From the IMG/VR virus record IMGVR_UViG_3300027566_000006, positions 34,340 to 98,339 of that record: a DNA stretch of 64,000 bases. One strand, 5' to 3'. The notes under the pieces are model-generated. The model was given only the letters and a program-made list of their open reading frames with translations. It did not search any database and was not told the origin of the DNA. Both the position numbers and the translations under genes were made by a program. The first letter of the stretch is position 1; every line of letters starts with the position of its first letter. This stretch comes from a virus. Of this stretch, positions 18,755 to 29,102 are shown piece by piece.

Positions 18755-20488
18755 TTATTTTATTAGTTTAATCTTTTCATAAAATCCTTTCCAATCGCCT
18801 TTTATATCATTTGGATACAAATATATCATCTCTCCATAAGGTAGTGTACGATATTTTTCCATCTTATTTTTCATCTTATCAATATAATATTTAATTCTAG
18901 TATTATATTGTTGCTGTTCTAAAGCAATTCCAAAATACTCAACAATATAAATATTATTATCAGTAAGTATAATCCAATCTGGGTTCATATTTTTTACAGT
19001 AATTTCATTTTCGCTGTTTCTATTATTATAAATAACCGTTTGAAATTCTTTTCTTAACATTTCATCTATAATACTTTCTTCCACTGAATCAAATTTATTC
19101 CTAATAATACCGATATCAAAATCCTGTTCAATAAACTTATCTGGATATAATCTATTAATCCATTCAAATAAAGAGTTGTCAAATCTTTTTTTATAAAGAA
19201 TATTATATAAGGTATCAGATTGCTTTCTTATGCCGTACTTAGTGATATATAAAGGTATTTTCTCAATTGGTAGTTGCATATCTTTTTCAATTAAATACCG
19301 CATAGCTTGATCTACATTATCTCTACTTTGCCAGTATTTTTGTCCTGTTATTGATTTGAACTTATAAGCTCCGTACTCATTATTAAAATATTTCATAATA
19401 AATCCTAATTTATCTTTTTCAACATTAATCACATACCAATAAGCCTTAGATTCTTTAAGCAAAGTATTATAATCATATGTATATACATCGTCTATATTTA
19501 TATTATTATTTTGTAGATACATATTAATAAGTTCTACTGCATCTTCAAACGTTATTTTTTGAATTATCTTTTTATTTTTTTCTCCTAAATTACTTTTTAG
19601 TATTTCTTTATTTTTCAATTTTTTATAAAAGTATTTGTCTACTGATTTCATACTTATGTATTCAATAGGTATTTTTGTTATTTCACTTAAAAACTCTTGA
19701 TTACATTTGTCTAAATTCTCTAATATTATTTCTTTATAAAATTTATTAAGTATGTTAACAACATTCAAACTATTATGTAATATGGACGGATAATAAATAA
19801 TCTTACCTTTTAAATACAATTCATATGTTTCATATATATTTTTGTTTTTATATTTATATATATTATATAGATCCTCCCCACCTTCGTAATAAGCTTTTGT
19901 AAATTCTTTATTGTTAATATATTCAATATGTAATTGTTCGCAATTATTACATGTAGTTCTTAAAGGTTTCTTATTATTTTTATTTACTTCTTTAACCCAA
20001 AAGTTTTTATGATAGGGATAATATTTATTACACTTATTACACCTTTGCCATATAATTTCTCCTTCAAATTCTTTTATAAATGCATTAATACATTCTTTAG
20101 ACCAGAAGTCATGTTGCTCTATTTCTTCTTCAGTTATACAATCTTTAAATTTCTCATTAAAGTTTATATCCACTTCTAAGTGTAAATAATCACATGCCTC
20201 TTTCATAGCTTTCCTTTGTTCAACAGATAACCTACCAATCTTGCTATTTCCTAATACAACCTTTAAACCATCTTTAGATATACAATATGTATTTTGTAGC
20301 CCACCAGTATTTTCTCCATAATCAATTTGAAATTCTTTTATGTATTCTCCATATCCATTCTGTTTTAATTGTGACGGTGATAAATTCTTTAATAATACTT
20401 TACTACCTATATAACTTAATGGATACCATACACCTCCTTCCTCCATTATCGGAACATTTGTTCTATTAATTACTATTTCCTTCTGCAA
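18755..20488 (-). CDS. multidomain protein: antirepressor-like N-term, Zn finger, C-terminal PD-(D/E)xK-like endonuclease
   Basis: CNKC/CNNC; FDSVEE...NPDWIIL...IVEYFG; TTG start at 20488 behind AGGAGGT; promoter TTGACA-17-TATAAT at 20537-20565. Confidence 0.55.
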   Translation of the reverse strand: MQKEIVINRTNVPIMEEGGVWYPLSYIGSKVLLKNLSPSQLKQNGYGEYIKEFQIDYGENTGGLQNTYCISKDGLKVVLGNSKIGRLSVEQRKAMKEACDYLHLEVDINFNEKFKDCITEEEIEQHDFWSKECINAFIKEFEGEIIWQRCNKCNKYYPYHKNFWVKEVNKNNKKPLRTTCNNCEQLHIEYINNKEFTKAYYEGGEDLYNIYKYKNKNIYETYELYLKGKIIYYPSILHNSLNVVNILNKFYKEIILENLDKCNQEFLSEITKIPIEYISMKSVDKYFYKKLKNKEILKSNLGEKNKKIIQKITFEDAVELINMYLQNNNINIDDVYTYDYNTLLKESKAYWYVINVEKDKLGFIMKYFNNEYGAYKFKSITGQKYWQSRDNVDQAMRYLIEKDMQLPIEKIPLYITKYGIRKQSDTLYNILYKKRFDNSLFEWINRLYPDKFIEQDFDIGIIRNKFDSVEESIIDEMLRKEFQTVIYNNRNSENEITVKNMNPDWIILTDNNIYIVEYFGIALEQQQYNTRIKYYIDKMKNKMEKYRTLPYGEMIYLYPNDIKGDWKGFYEKIKLIK

Positions 20489-21283
20489 ACTATAATAATA
20501 CCTCCTATTATTTCTAGGCATAGTATGCCTGATATTATTATATTACTATTATAATACAATGTCAACTATTTTATTTATATATTTATATTTTATTTTTAAT
20601 ACTTATTTTAATCACAAATTCCTCTCCAAAAACCCTTCCAATTTCTCAACCTAACCTTTCATACCACCCAACATCTTTCCTCTCAACCTTGAACCAATTT
20701 TATAATAAAATACAATAGTTTTTACCTATAAAAATCACACACTTAACTTTCTCTTTATCTCTGGTCAAATCACATATAAATCAATCCTAAATCTCATACC
20801 ATAATTTACTATGATTAAAATTAATCAATCCATTCTATTTCAGTTCTAATTTCACACACGCCCACATATATTTGCTATGCAATAGTAAATAACATAGGAT
20901 ATTTCTAACCTATTAACACTTTTAATCCTTTACCCCTCAATACACCTTTCTATTACCTTTCAATTACTCACTATTTATTAATCATAGTCATAAACATATT
21001 CATTTCATTTAAACGTACTCATACTATTATCTATTTCTTCATATCATTCATTTCTAATACCCTTTACCCATTAACATTCTTATTGCACAATAACATTTCT
21101 AACATTTCAATTGTTACTATTTAAAATTAATGTTAATTATACCTTCACATCTCACCAATTAAACTTTAACATAATTCCACTATTTACCCTTCTAATCTAC
21201 TTATATATTTCGTATATATCACTAACCACACAATATATAAAAAGTATATAAACCACAAATCCAATAGAAAGGAGCAATTTAAA

Positions 21284-22204
21284 ATGACCCAATCAGTAGC
21301 TATAGATAACGGATTTCATACAACAAAAATTTACCAACAATCCCCTATCCCTAAATCTTATTCTTTTCGCTCTAAATTTCAATCTACCACCTCCCCACTC
21401 ACTTATCCTAATACTCATTCAATCACTTATAAAAATAATAATTATCTTATAGGAGATCATGCAGAAGAGATTGATATTAATCTGAATAAAAATAATTCTC
21501 TTTTACACTATCTCACAACTCTCACTGGCTTAGGTTTATTATCATCCACACTAACACAACACATACAATATAATCTTGTTGCAAATATCCCTATTAATCT
21601 TTATAACCAATCTAACAAGGAAGCATTTGAAAATTATCTACGTTCCACTACTCCTATCACTTATTCATTAAATAATAAACCCATATCCATCTCAATCCCA
21701 AATGTAGTGGTATTTCCTCAAGCACTATCGTGTATTTATGTCAACCACATTAAATCAAACCTTATAGGTATTCTTGATTGTGGAGGAATCACGATCCAAG
21801 GGTGTATATGTGAAAACAAAAATCTTATCCATTCAACCGTGTTCACTGAAAATCAAGGAATATTAATTTTATTAAATAAAATAAAGAAAGCACTCAATGC
21901 TCAATACAACATCAATATCAATGATTATGAACTAGAATCAATCCTCAAAAATGGTTTATTACAAGATAAAGAAAAATCTCTACAAATAATATCCTCTATA
22001 TGCACTTCTCATATTGAACAAATAATTAAAATAATGAAGTTATCAGGCTGGAATCTTGAAAACACTGAAATCCTTTGTGTAGGAGGTGGTTCTTTATTAT
22101 TAGAGCAATATCTATTAAAATTATTACCTAAATACCGTATATCCAATAATCCAGCTATGGATAATGTTCTTGGTTTGTGGGAGGTAGCTAAGAATGTATT
22201 CTAA
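21284..22204 (+). CDS. parM: ParM/StbA-family actin-like ATPase
   Basis: IDNGFHTTK, VFPQ, LDCGG.T, VGGGS, NVLG actin-fold motifs. Confidence 0.85.
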   Translation: MTQSVAIDNGFHTTKIYQQSPIPKSYSFRSKFQSTTSPLTYPNTHSITYKNNNYLIGDHAEEIDINLNKNNSLLHYLTTLTGLGLLSSTLTQHIQYNLVANIPINLYNQSNKEAFENYLRSTTPITYSLNNKPISISIPNVVVFPQALSCIYVNHIKSNLIGILDCGGITIQGCICENKNLIHSTVFTENQGILILLNKIKKALNAQYNININDYELESILKNGLLQDKEKSLQIISSICTSHIEQIIKIMKLSGWNLENTEILCVGGGSLLLEQYLLKLLPKYRISNNPAMDNVLGLWEVAKNVF

Positions 22205-22481
22205 AAAGAAATTATTTATCTTTCATAATAAAGAGGTAATTGATTATTTAGAGCAACAATCAAATCAAAGTTATTATGTTGAAAATTTAATATTAAATAA
22301 TATGAATAATACTACTAATAATGATATAAACATTAATTCAAATGTATATTACTTACTCAATGAAATTAAACAGCATATCAATAAAGTATCAATAACCCCA
22401 ATAAAAAATGAAGAGATAGAATTAAATAATAATGATAACTCTACATCTTCATCTATAATGAATATCTTAAATTTTAAATAA
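22194..22481 (+). CDS. ParR-like adaptor
   Basis: overlaps parM stop; RHH-like LEQQSNQSYYVENLI; acidic/hydrophobic tail. Confidence 0.6.
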   Translation: MYSKKKLFIFHNKEVIDYLEQQSNQSYYVENLILNNMNNTTNNDININSNVYYLLNEIKQHINKVSITPIKNEEIELNNNDNSTSSSIMNILNFK

Positions 22482-22499
22482 ACACAAGGAGGAACCCCT

Positions 22500-22727
22500 A
22501 TGGAAGAAATGCAAAAATTATTAAATATTATGTTTAATGTAAGTGATCATTTAGAAAATTATGATGATAAATTAACAAACACTAACCTACCCGATATCGC
22601 TAATGAATCTTATGAATTACTAACTGATTTATTTATAGAAATAACCCCATATCTAACTATTATAAAAAATGCTAAATTTAAAGAAGATTTAGAAAGTATG
22701 GTAAAAAATATTATTAAGGAGGATTAA
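22500..22727 (+). CDS. hypothetical protein
   Basis: AGGAGG RBS. Confidence 0.6.
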   Translation: MEEMQKLLNIMFNVSDHLENYDDKLTNTNLPDIANESYELLTDLFIEITPYLTIIKNAKFKEDLESMVKNIIKED

Positions 22728-22729
22728 TA

Positions 22730-22855
22730 ATGGAAGAAAAACTTACTATCGAAGGTCTTCTTATATTTACATTTAGAGGTTTATTTCTTTATTGTTTTTT
22801 GAATTTAATAACTGGAACTACATTTATTCATTGGATATTAAAATTAACTCAATAA
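22730..22855 (+). CDS. small membrane peptide (41 aa)
   Basis: MEEKLTIEGLLIFTFRGLFLYCFLNLITG...; AGGAGG RBS. Confidence 0.6.
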   Translation: MEEKLTIEGLLIFTFRGLFLYCFLNLITGTTFIHWILKLTQ

Positions 22856-22876
22856 TAAATTTAAGGAGGTATATTT

Positions 22877-22972
22877 ATGAATATATTAATAGGAACAGGT
22901 AAGGTTTTATGTCTTTGTTCAATATTTTATGGCATATTCTATTTGTTTAAAATTAAAAAACAAAGTAGGTAA
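22877..22972 (+). CDS. small membrane peptide (31 aa)
   Basis: MNILIGTGKVLCLCSIFYGIFYLFKIKKQSR; AAGGAGG RBS. Confidence 0.6.
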   Translation: MNILIGTGKVLCLCSIFYGIFYLFKIKKQSR

Positions 22973-22977
22973 TTCTT

Positions 22978-23250
22978 ATGACAAATTCAAACACAAAATC
23001 ATCACGCAAAAATATAATTCTACACGAAGAAAAGGCTATTACTCACTTAGAGCAACAGCCTAATCAATCCAGGTATATAGAAAATCTTATTCTTAGTGAT
23101 CTTATATCTACTGAATTCAACGATATATTTCAACATTTGAGAAAGTTAAAACAACATTTCAATAGTTTACCAGAATCTAATAATCAAAATACTACTACCA
23201 TTAACTCAGATATTCAAGATTCAATCTCTAGTATTTTATCGTTAGTTTAA
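22978..23250 (+). CDS. second ParR-like paralog
   Basis: LEQQPNQSRYIENLI and C-terminal SISSIL match 22194..22481. Confidence 0.6.
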   Translation: MTNSNTKSSRKNIILHEEKAITHLEQQPNQSRYIENLILSDLISTEFNDIFQHLRKLKQHFNSLPESNNQNTTTINSDIQDSISSILSLV

Positions 23251-23396
23251 ATCTAATCAATTAAATAAAATGACTAATTCCATCCAGAATCATCATACCA
23301 CCGACACCAATAACTAACCAAATCATATTCTCACTTCCTTTCGTATCATTATTTTAACCAATTAAAAAATCATTTATTCATAAGGAGGTTATAAAG

Positions 23397-23486
23397 ATGT
23401 TAGATAATCTCATTGGAGCTGGTAAAATCATATGTGGAGTTTTATTCATCATTTTTAGTATATCGGTTATTAGGAAAGGAAGATAA
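23397..23486 (+). CDS. small membrane peptide (29 aa)
   Basis: MLDNLIGAGKIICGVLFIIFSISVIRKGR; AAGGAGG RBS; resembles the 22877 peptide. Confidence 0.6.
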   Translation: MLDNLIGAGKIICGVLFIIFSISVIRKGR

Positions 23487-23489
23487 AAT

Positions 23490-23744
23490 ATGGATATTTG
23501 TATATTTGGCGAAGGCGCAGGTTTATATGATGCTTTTAGATCAGGTATTGCTCCTATTTTTGCTGATATAGCTAAAACTTTATTTTGGTGTTCTACTGTT
23601 TACGGTGCTTATTATGTAATACAGATGAGATATACAGAAGGTATAAATAGAATTAAATATGCAGCAATAGGATATATAATTTTTAGAATGGCAGATAATT
23701 TCTTAGTATTGGTTGATAGAATAGCTGACAACATGAAAGTGTAG
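23490..23744 (+). CDS. TrbC/VirB2 pilin-like membrane protein
   Basis: two TM helices joined by EGINRIKYAAIGY, typical of Gram-positive VirB2-like proteins. Confidence 0.5.
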   Translation: MDICIFGEGAGLYDAFRSGIAPIFADIAKTLFWCSTVYGAYYVIQMRYTEGINRIKYAAIGYIIFRMADNFLVLVDRIADNMKV

Positions 23745-23747
23745 AAG

Positions 23748-24044
23748 GTGATTCAAATGGATATTATATCCAATAAACTAAATGAAATAGTAACTAATTT
23801 TACCAGTAATATTCATACTTCTTTAATAGATAAATTTAATGATGCAGAATTATTTGTAATGGTTACTTTTTGGCAAAATGTTACTGATTTATTACTTTGT
23901 ATATTAATGATTTATATATATTGGTGCTGTTTTTGTATCATTATGTCTAGAGAAAAAGTTTCTCTACCGCCATTTGGTGACGCAAAACCCTCTGACCAAC
24001 TATTTTTTTTATTTTGTTTCTATTTCATTATTAAGTTAGTTTAA
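23748..24044 (+). CDS. membrane protein (VirB3-position)
   Basis: hydrophobic helices; lies between the pilin-like and ATPase genes. Confidence 0.45.
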   Translation: MIQMDIISNKLNEIVTNFTSNIHTSLIDKFNDAELFVMVTFWQNVTDLLLCILMIYIYWCCFCIIMSREKVSLPPFGDAKPSDQLFFLFCFYFIIKLV

Positions 24045-24058
24045 GGAGGTTATAAACA

Positions 24059-26629
24059 ATGGAATTAACATTACCTGTACCTGTACCTGTACCTAATACC
24101 TTCCCCATACCTTTACAATTACCAAAACAAATAGAATTACCTACTTGGGACAAGTTAAAATCAATTAAATCTATAAATCTTGAATCAATTAAATCATTAA
24201 TAGAAATACAAACAGAACCACAAGTTTGTCTACAAATAATTCCTCATTTTAATGTTACCAATGGCTTAAAAATAGAGAAAATATTAGATGGTATTCATTC
24301 ACTTGATATTCCAATTCATCAACGCTTTAAATACCAGGACAATAAACTAATCTACACTACTAAACAAACATTCTCATATGCAATTCTACTTGAATCAACT
24401 AATATCTCTTTCTACTATACAATACCTCAATCAATCCAAGATTGGTTTATACAACGTGTATATTCAAACTGGACTAATCAAGTAACTATTATACCTGCTA
24501 CTATCCCCTATTTATCTAAATTTAACAACACTAATCTTATTGAATGGCAATTAAAACCTAAATACCCAACCTACAAATCTCTACGGGACGATTATCGTGA
24601 TACCCCTATACCATCTATATTATCTTGTTCAAAAGATTTATCAGATACTACTAATGATCGTATATTATTAGAATTTACTTTCTCTCCTATTCATGATTCA
24701 TTTTGGAAAGAGAAAACCCTAGAGAATCAACAAAAATATAGAAAAGGTTTATTACCCGATAATATTAGAACGGGTATAGGTTGGTCTTTTGGTGATTGGG
24801 TAATGAAATTTTTTGATGGTGTATTTGAATTTTCTAATATCCTATTTGAAGTTAAACCTAAAAAGAGATCCTATTATTATTCTCACTCAACCAATGAAAT
24901 GCTTGAATCTTATAATCCTAAAACTAATGAGGTTAAATATAATATGAATAAAAATAGACTAGAATCATCTTCTCGCCAAAAGATTAATCATAATGGTTTT
25001 ATTGGTAAGTTAAGAATCTTATCTCAATCTGAGGACAAGGTTAAGAGAGATATATTTGCTAAAACAATGCAAGTAGCACTAAGAGAATTACATGATGATA
25101 ATGAGTTTGTGGTGAGTAAGAAGAAAGTATTGAATAATGAAAAAGACAAGCATAAGAATGGTAAGAATAATGATGATAATAATAATAATGATGGTAAGAA
25201 TGAAATAAAACCAATGAAAGTTAATTTCTTATTTGATAACTTTGTATATTCATCAAAAGAAATAGGTCAATTATTACAACTCCCTACTAAACAATGGCAG
25301 ACAGAATATAAGATTGAGAAAGTTGATACACAAGAAATTAACCTACCGCCCGTACTTTTAAAAGGTGGTATACAACAAGGTACTGCTAAATATAAGGGAC
25401 AAGTACAAACAGTATATTGGAATAATACTGATCGGGATGTTGCATGTTTACCTAAGTGCTGGTTTGGTATACAAGGATCAGGTAAAACTAAAGCACTAAC
25501 TAGATATGGAGTTGAATCAGTTGAAAATGGTAGAGGTTTAATAGTATTGGATGGAATACAAGAATGTGAATTGTCAAATGAAATTAGAGATCACTTACCT
25601 GCTGATTTCCCCGAAGATAAAATTATAGAACTTAACTTCTCAGATTTAGAAAATGTAATACCTTTATCTTGGAATGAAATTAATATTAATAAACTAACTA
25701 AAGAAACAGATAGATTAAAATTCTCTAATAATCTCTCCCAAGAATTAATTAAATTTCTTGATTCTATGGTAGAAGATAATTCACAAAAGTTATCACCTAA
25801 GATGAAAAGATATTTAAGTAATGCTGGATTATTATCATTCTCAGTAAGCAATACTACTATAATGGATGTTTTAATGTGTTTGATTGAATTCGATAAACGT
25901 CATGAACTAATAGATAAGAGTGGTTTGTCACAAGATAATCGTATTGTACAATCATTATTAGAATTGGATGATAAGAATGGAGATACTAAATTAAACTTAG
26001 TACAAGGTATTATTGATAGATTAGATTTATTGCTAGGTGATTATGTATTAAGTAATTTATTCTCTACTAAAGGTACTAATAAAATAGATTTTACAAAATG
26101 GATAACCGAGGGATGTGCGGTATTCTGTAAAATGCCACAATCAGAATTAAATGATGCTACTATTAAAACTTTAACAACATTCCTTATAAGTAAGATATGG
26201 TTTGCTAAATTAATGTTAGGCAAAGATATTCACCATACGGTTGTAATTTGTGATGAAGTGCATCGTACTTCGCTTAAATTTGAGAATATCAGAGAAATGA
26301 GAAAATATGGTTTAGAATATATATTTTCAGCACATCAACCTAGTGATTTTAAGCATATATTGAATACTCTTAAATCTGCTGGATGTTCATTTACTTTACT
26401 TACAACAACAAAAGATAATGTAAAACATTTTGAGTCAGAGATAAAACCTTATACTATTGATGAGGTTTTAGATTTAAAGAAATATCATGGATTAAGTATA
26501 TGTAATTATGATAAGGCATATATAGCATTTGAAATTACTTTGCCCGATATATATGGTAAAGATAGATTTATTAATAGAAGTTATTTAAGTAATAAATGTG
26601 CCGAAAAATATGGAATTAAACAAGGATAA
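24059..26629 (+). CDS. VirB4/TraG/HerA-family ATPase
   Basis: Walker A GIQGSGKT, Walker B VICDEVH, EMRKYGL..IFSAHQ. Confidence 0.75.
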   Translation: MELTLPVPVPVPNTFPIPLQLPKQIELPTWDKLKSIKSINLESIKSLIEIQTEPQVCLQIIPHFNVTNGLKIEKILDGIHSLDIPIHQRFKYQDNKLIYTTKQTFSYAILLESTNISFYYTIPQSIQDWFIQRVYSNWTNQVTIIPATIPYLSKFNNTNLIEWQLKPKYPTYKSLRDDYRDTPIPSILSCSKDLSDTTNDRILLEFTFSPIHDSFWKEKTLENQQKYRKGLLPDNIRTGIGWSFGDWVMKFFDGVFEFSNILFEVKPKKRSYYYSHSTNEMLESYNPKTNEVKYNMNKNRLESSSRQKINHNGFIGKLRILSQSEDKVKRDIFAKTMQVALRELHDDNEFVVSKKKVLNNEKDKHKNGKNNDDNNNNDGKNEIKPMKVNFLFDNFVYSSKEIGQLLQLPTKQWQTEYKIEKVDTQEINLPPVLLKGGIQQGTAKYKGQVQTVYWNNTDRDVACLPKCWFGIQGSGKTKALTRYGVESVENGRGLIVLDGIQECELSNEIRDHLPADFPEDKIIELNFSDLENVIPLSWNEININKLTKETDRLKFSNNLSQELIKFLDSMVEDNSQKLSPKMKRYLSNAGLLSFSVSNTTIMDVLMCLIEFDKRHELIDKSGLSQDNRIVQSLLELDDKNGDTKLNLVQGIIDRLDLLLGDYVLSNLFSTKGTNKIDFTKWITEGCAVFCKMPQSELNDATIKTLTTFLISKIWFAKLMLGKDIHHTVVICDEVHRTSLKFENIREMRKYGLEYIFSAHQPSDFKHILNTLKSAGCSFTLLTTTKDNVKHFESEIKPYTIDEVLDLKKYHGLSICNYDKAYIAFEITLPDIYGKDRFINRSYLSNKCAEKYGIKQG

Positions 26630-26697
26630 TCTTTGATATTTTTAATTATGTCGATTTTATTTTATGAATATTTTTAAATATTTATTTTATAATTTTC

Positions 26698-26726
26698 TTG
26701 ACTTCAATAATATTCTATAGTATTAT
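26698..26726 (+). promoter_or_regulatory. sigmaA promoter
   Basis: TTGACT-17-TATTAT. Confidence 0.6.
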
Positions 26727-26789
26727 TTAATTACACCAAGCATATACTAAATTATATTACTACTATAAAGAATTGAAGGAGAGTTAAAT

Positions 26790-27680
26790 ATGAATACAAA
26801 TACTACTAATAATACTATTGAGGTCAACTTTTTACCCTTATACACCCAACATCTAACCACTAATGGTAAATCAACCAATACAATAAAATCCTATACTCAT
26901 GATATTGAATTATTCTTTAATCACTTTAACCTATCCCCTAGTATTGTGCAAAGAGATCAAGTAATTCGTTATAAAGATTATCTTTTGAATACTAAAAATA
27001 ATGATGCTAAAACGGTTAATCGGATTCTAAGTGCTATTAAGAGTTATAATGAGTTTTTGGTATTGGATGGGTTGCAGGAGAATTTGGTTGTACTGTCTCA
27101 AGACTATAGAAAGGTTCAAAAATCATCTTCTTCTCCGGTTAAAGTATCAACACCTGAAGTATTTAAATTTCTTAATAAACTTAAAGATAATGAACCGTAT
27201 AGAAATTATGCAATAGCAGTAGTGCTTGCTAATACTGGTTTAAGGATATCTGAAATATTAAATATTAAATTGAATAAACTAGTTACTTTAAAAGATGATG
27301 AATTAACTATCATAGGTAAAGGAAATAAGCAAAGACTTATTATAGTTAATCCTAAAGCAATTGGAGTTATTAAGGAGTATATTGCTAATCATAGGAGCAA
27401 ATCAAAATATGCTAGTGAATCAGAATATTTATTTGTTAGCAATAAAGGTGAAAAACTTAATACTTTTACAATACAAAGAATATTTAATAAATATAGCAAT
27501 AAAATTACACCACACCAATTACGTCATCGTTATGCATCAGATATATTAGAAAATAAAATATGGGATGTTCGACAATTGCAGGATCAGTTAGGCCACGCAC
27601 AATTAAATACAGTTATGATATATACCCATACAAGTAAAGAAAAGATGAAAGAGAATTTGAGTGGATTTAGTATTGGGTAA
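26790..27680 (+). CDS. XerC/D-like tyrosine recombinase
   Basis: TGLRISE, GKGNKQR, HQLRH, LGHA, TVMIY catalytic set. Confidence 0.92.
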   Translation: MNTNTTNNTIEVNFLPLYTQHLTTNGKSTNTIKSYTHDIELFFNHFNLSPSIVQRDQVIRYKDYLLNTKNNDAKTVNRILSAIKSYNEFLVLDGLQENLVVLSQDYRKVQKSSSSPVKVSTPEVFKFLNKLKDNEPYRNYAIAVVLANTGLRISEILNIKLNKLVTLKDDELTIIGKGNKQRLIIVNPKAIGVIKEYIANHRSKSKYASESEYLFVSNKGEKLNTFTIQRIFNKYSNKITPHQLRHRYASDILENKIWDVRQLQDQLGHAQLNTVMIYTHTSKEKMKENLSGFSIG

Positions 27681-27709
27681 ATTAATGCAAAAATATTTTA
27701 ATACTACGC

Positions 27710-27738
27710 TTGACATATATTTATATTAGTATTATAAT
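27710..27738 (+). promoter_or_regulatory. sigmaA promoter
   Basis: perfect TTGACA-17-TATAAT. Confidence 0.8.
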
Positions 27739-27849
27739 AATGTTAAGTATAGTATTATGAGGTGATAATTATAAAAACATAAGTAAAAATTCCATTAAAA
27801 GCATAATATAAATATTAGGAAATTTAATCAATTATGAAAGAAGGATTAT

Positions 27850-28689
27850 ATGACTAAAGGTATCTACAAAATAGAAAATATATGGGATGGTAAGGTCTAT
27901 ATAGGCGAAAGTAATGATATTGAAACCAGATGGCAAGTACATAAAGAAGATTTAAATAATAATAAACATCATTCATATAAACTTCAGCAAGCTTGGAATA
28001 AAGATGGTGAAATTAGTTTTGTATTTGAAATAATTCAAGAAGTTAATAATTCAAATCAATTTATGTTGCAATGTTTACTATTTATATATGAAGATTTTTA
28101 TATTAAACAATATAATAGTATTAATAATGGGTATAACATTGAAGATACACTAAAATTAATTTTCAATGATAAAAAACCAATTATTGATGGGCAAATAGTA
28201 ACATATAAAAATAAATCTATATTAAAACAATTAATAAAAAATATAGAAAAAAATAATGGTGTGTATATTCCATCTGTAAATGTCAAAAAAGAAATTACAT
28301 TAACACAAAATGATATTATAAACATAGTAAATAAATATAGAGATTATGAGTTCAAACAGGAATATGAAGAAATGAGTGAAGTATTTAAGGAAAATGGTTT
28401 AAATATTGGTAAGACATTTCGGTTATTAAGAGATATTAATATATTAGATATTCAAAATAAATGTTTAATAAATGATGAAAATATGTTTAAATCTTATAAA
28501 CACACAATAGTACATAAAGAAACAAATGAAATTACAAATGAATACTATATTACATATATAACTAAGAAAGGTTTTAAATATCTCTTGCATAAAATTTTAA
28601 CAGAATATAAAAATAATAATATTATGGTATTTACGCAACAATTTATTAAGGAAATTAAATCAAATAATAATAAAAAAATAATAGTATAA
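27850..28689 (+). CDS. GIY-YIG endonuclease
   Basis: GIYKIEN...VYIGES...RW..H, GYN. Confidence 0.85.
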   Translation: MTKGIYKIENIWDGKVYIGESNDIETRWQVHKEDLNNNKHHSYKLQQAWNKDGEISFVFEIIQEVNNSNQFMLQCLLFIYEDFYIKQYNSINNGYNIEDTLKLIFNDKKPIIDGQIVTYKNKSILKQLIKNIEKNNGVYIPSVNVKKEITLTQNDIINIVNKYRDYEFKQEYEEMSEVFKENGLNIGKTFRLLRDINILDIQNKCLINDENMFKSYKHTIVHKETNEITNEYYITYITKKGFKYLLHKILTEYKNNNIMVFTQQFIKEIKSNNNKKIIV

Positions 28690-28770
28690 TTAACAACAAG
28701 GAATAATTTTATTAGTTATTTTAATTTATTTAATATTATGTATATATTACTACACTTACATCTTGGGGTA

Positions 28771-28860
28771 GTTTTGGTTCGTGATTTTACATATGTGTGT
28801 CACCGTTTTGGTTCGTGATTTTCAATAAACATATATTTTTGGAACCATATTGGTGACACA
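28771..28860. repeat. direct plus inverted repeats (candidate origin/operator)
   Basis: GTTTTGGTTCGTGATTTT twice (28771, 28805); TGTGTCACC/GGTGACACA inverted repeat. Confidence 0.65.
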
Positions 28861-28900
28861 CCAACTTTTAGGCATTTCAAAATAGAAAGGAATATAAACT

Positions 28901-29089
28901 ATGAATTATCGGGTAATACATAAGAAATATCTAGCAGAAGCATTATCATTTTTAGGATTTAACTATTATAAATTTAATGAGTTTGACCAAAACAATAAGC
29001 AGATAATTAAATATTCATTTGTTGAAACTCCAGAATTTAATAGTGCGGTAAATGATTTATTAACATTAAAACAAAAATACAGTAATTAA
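28901..29089 (+). CDS. small phage protein (DUF5659-like)
   Basis: LAEALSFLGF...YSFVETPEF pattern. Confidence 0.55.
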   Translation: MNYRVIHKKYLAEALSFLGFNYYKFNEFDQNNKQIIKYSFVETPEFNSAVNDLLTLKQKYSN

Positions 29090-29102
29090 GATAAGGAGAT
29101 AT

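Noticed and set aside
662-20469. Short + strand ORFs overlapping the minus-strand genes (e.g. 1135, 5084, 6635, 8585, 10272, 12680)
   Set aside because: Antisense shadows of real genes, lacking RBSs.
20980-21245. Sporulation sigma (E/F/G/K) promoter for the ParM module
   Set aside because: CATA-type -10 candidates exist, but the -35 spacing does not fit convincingly.
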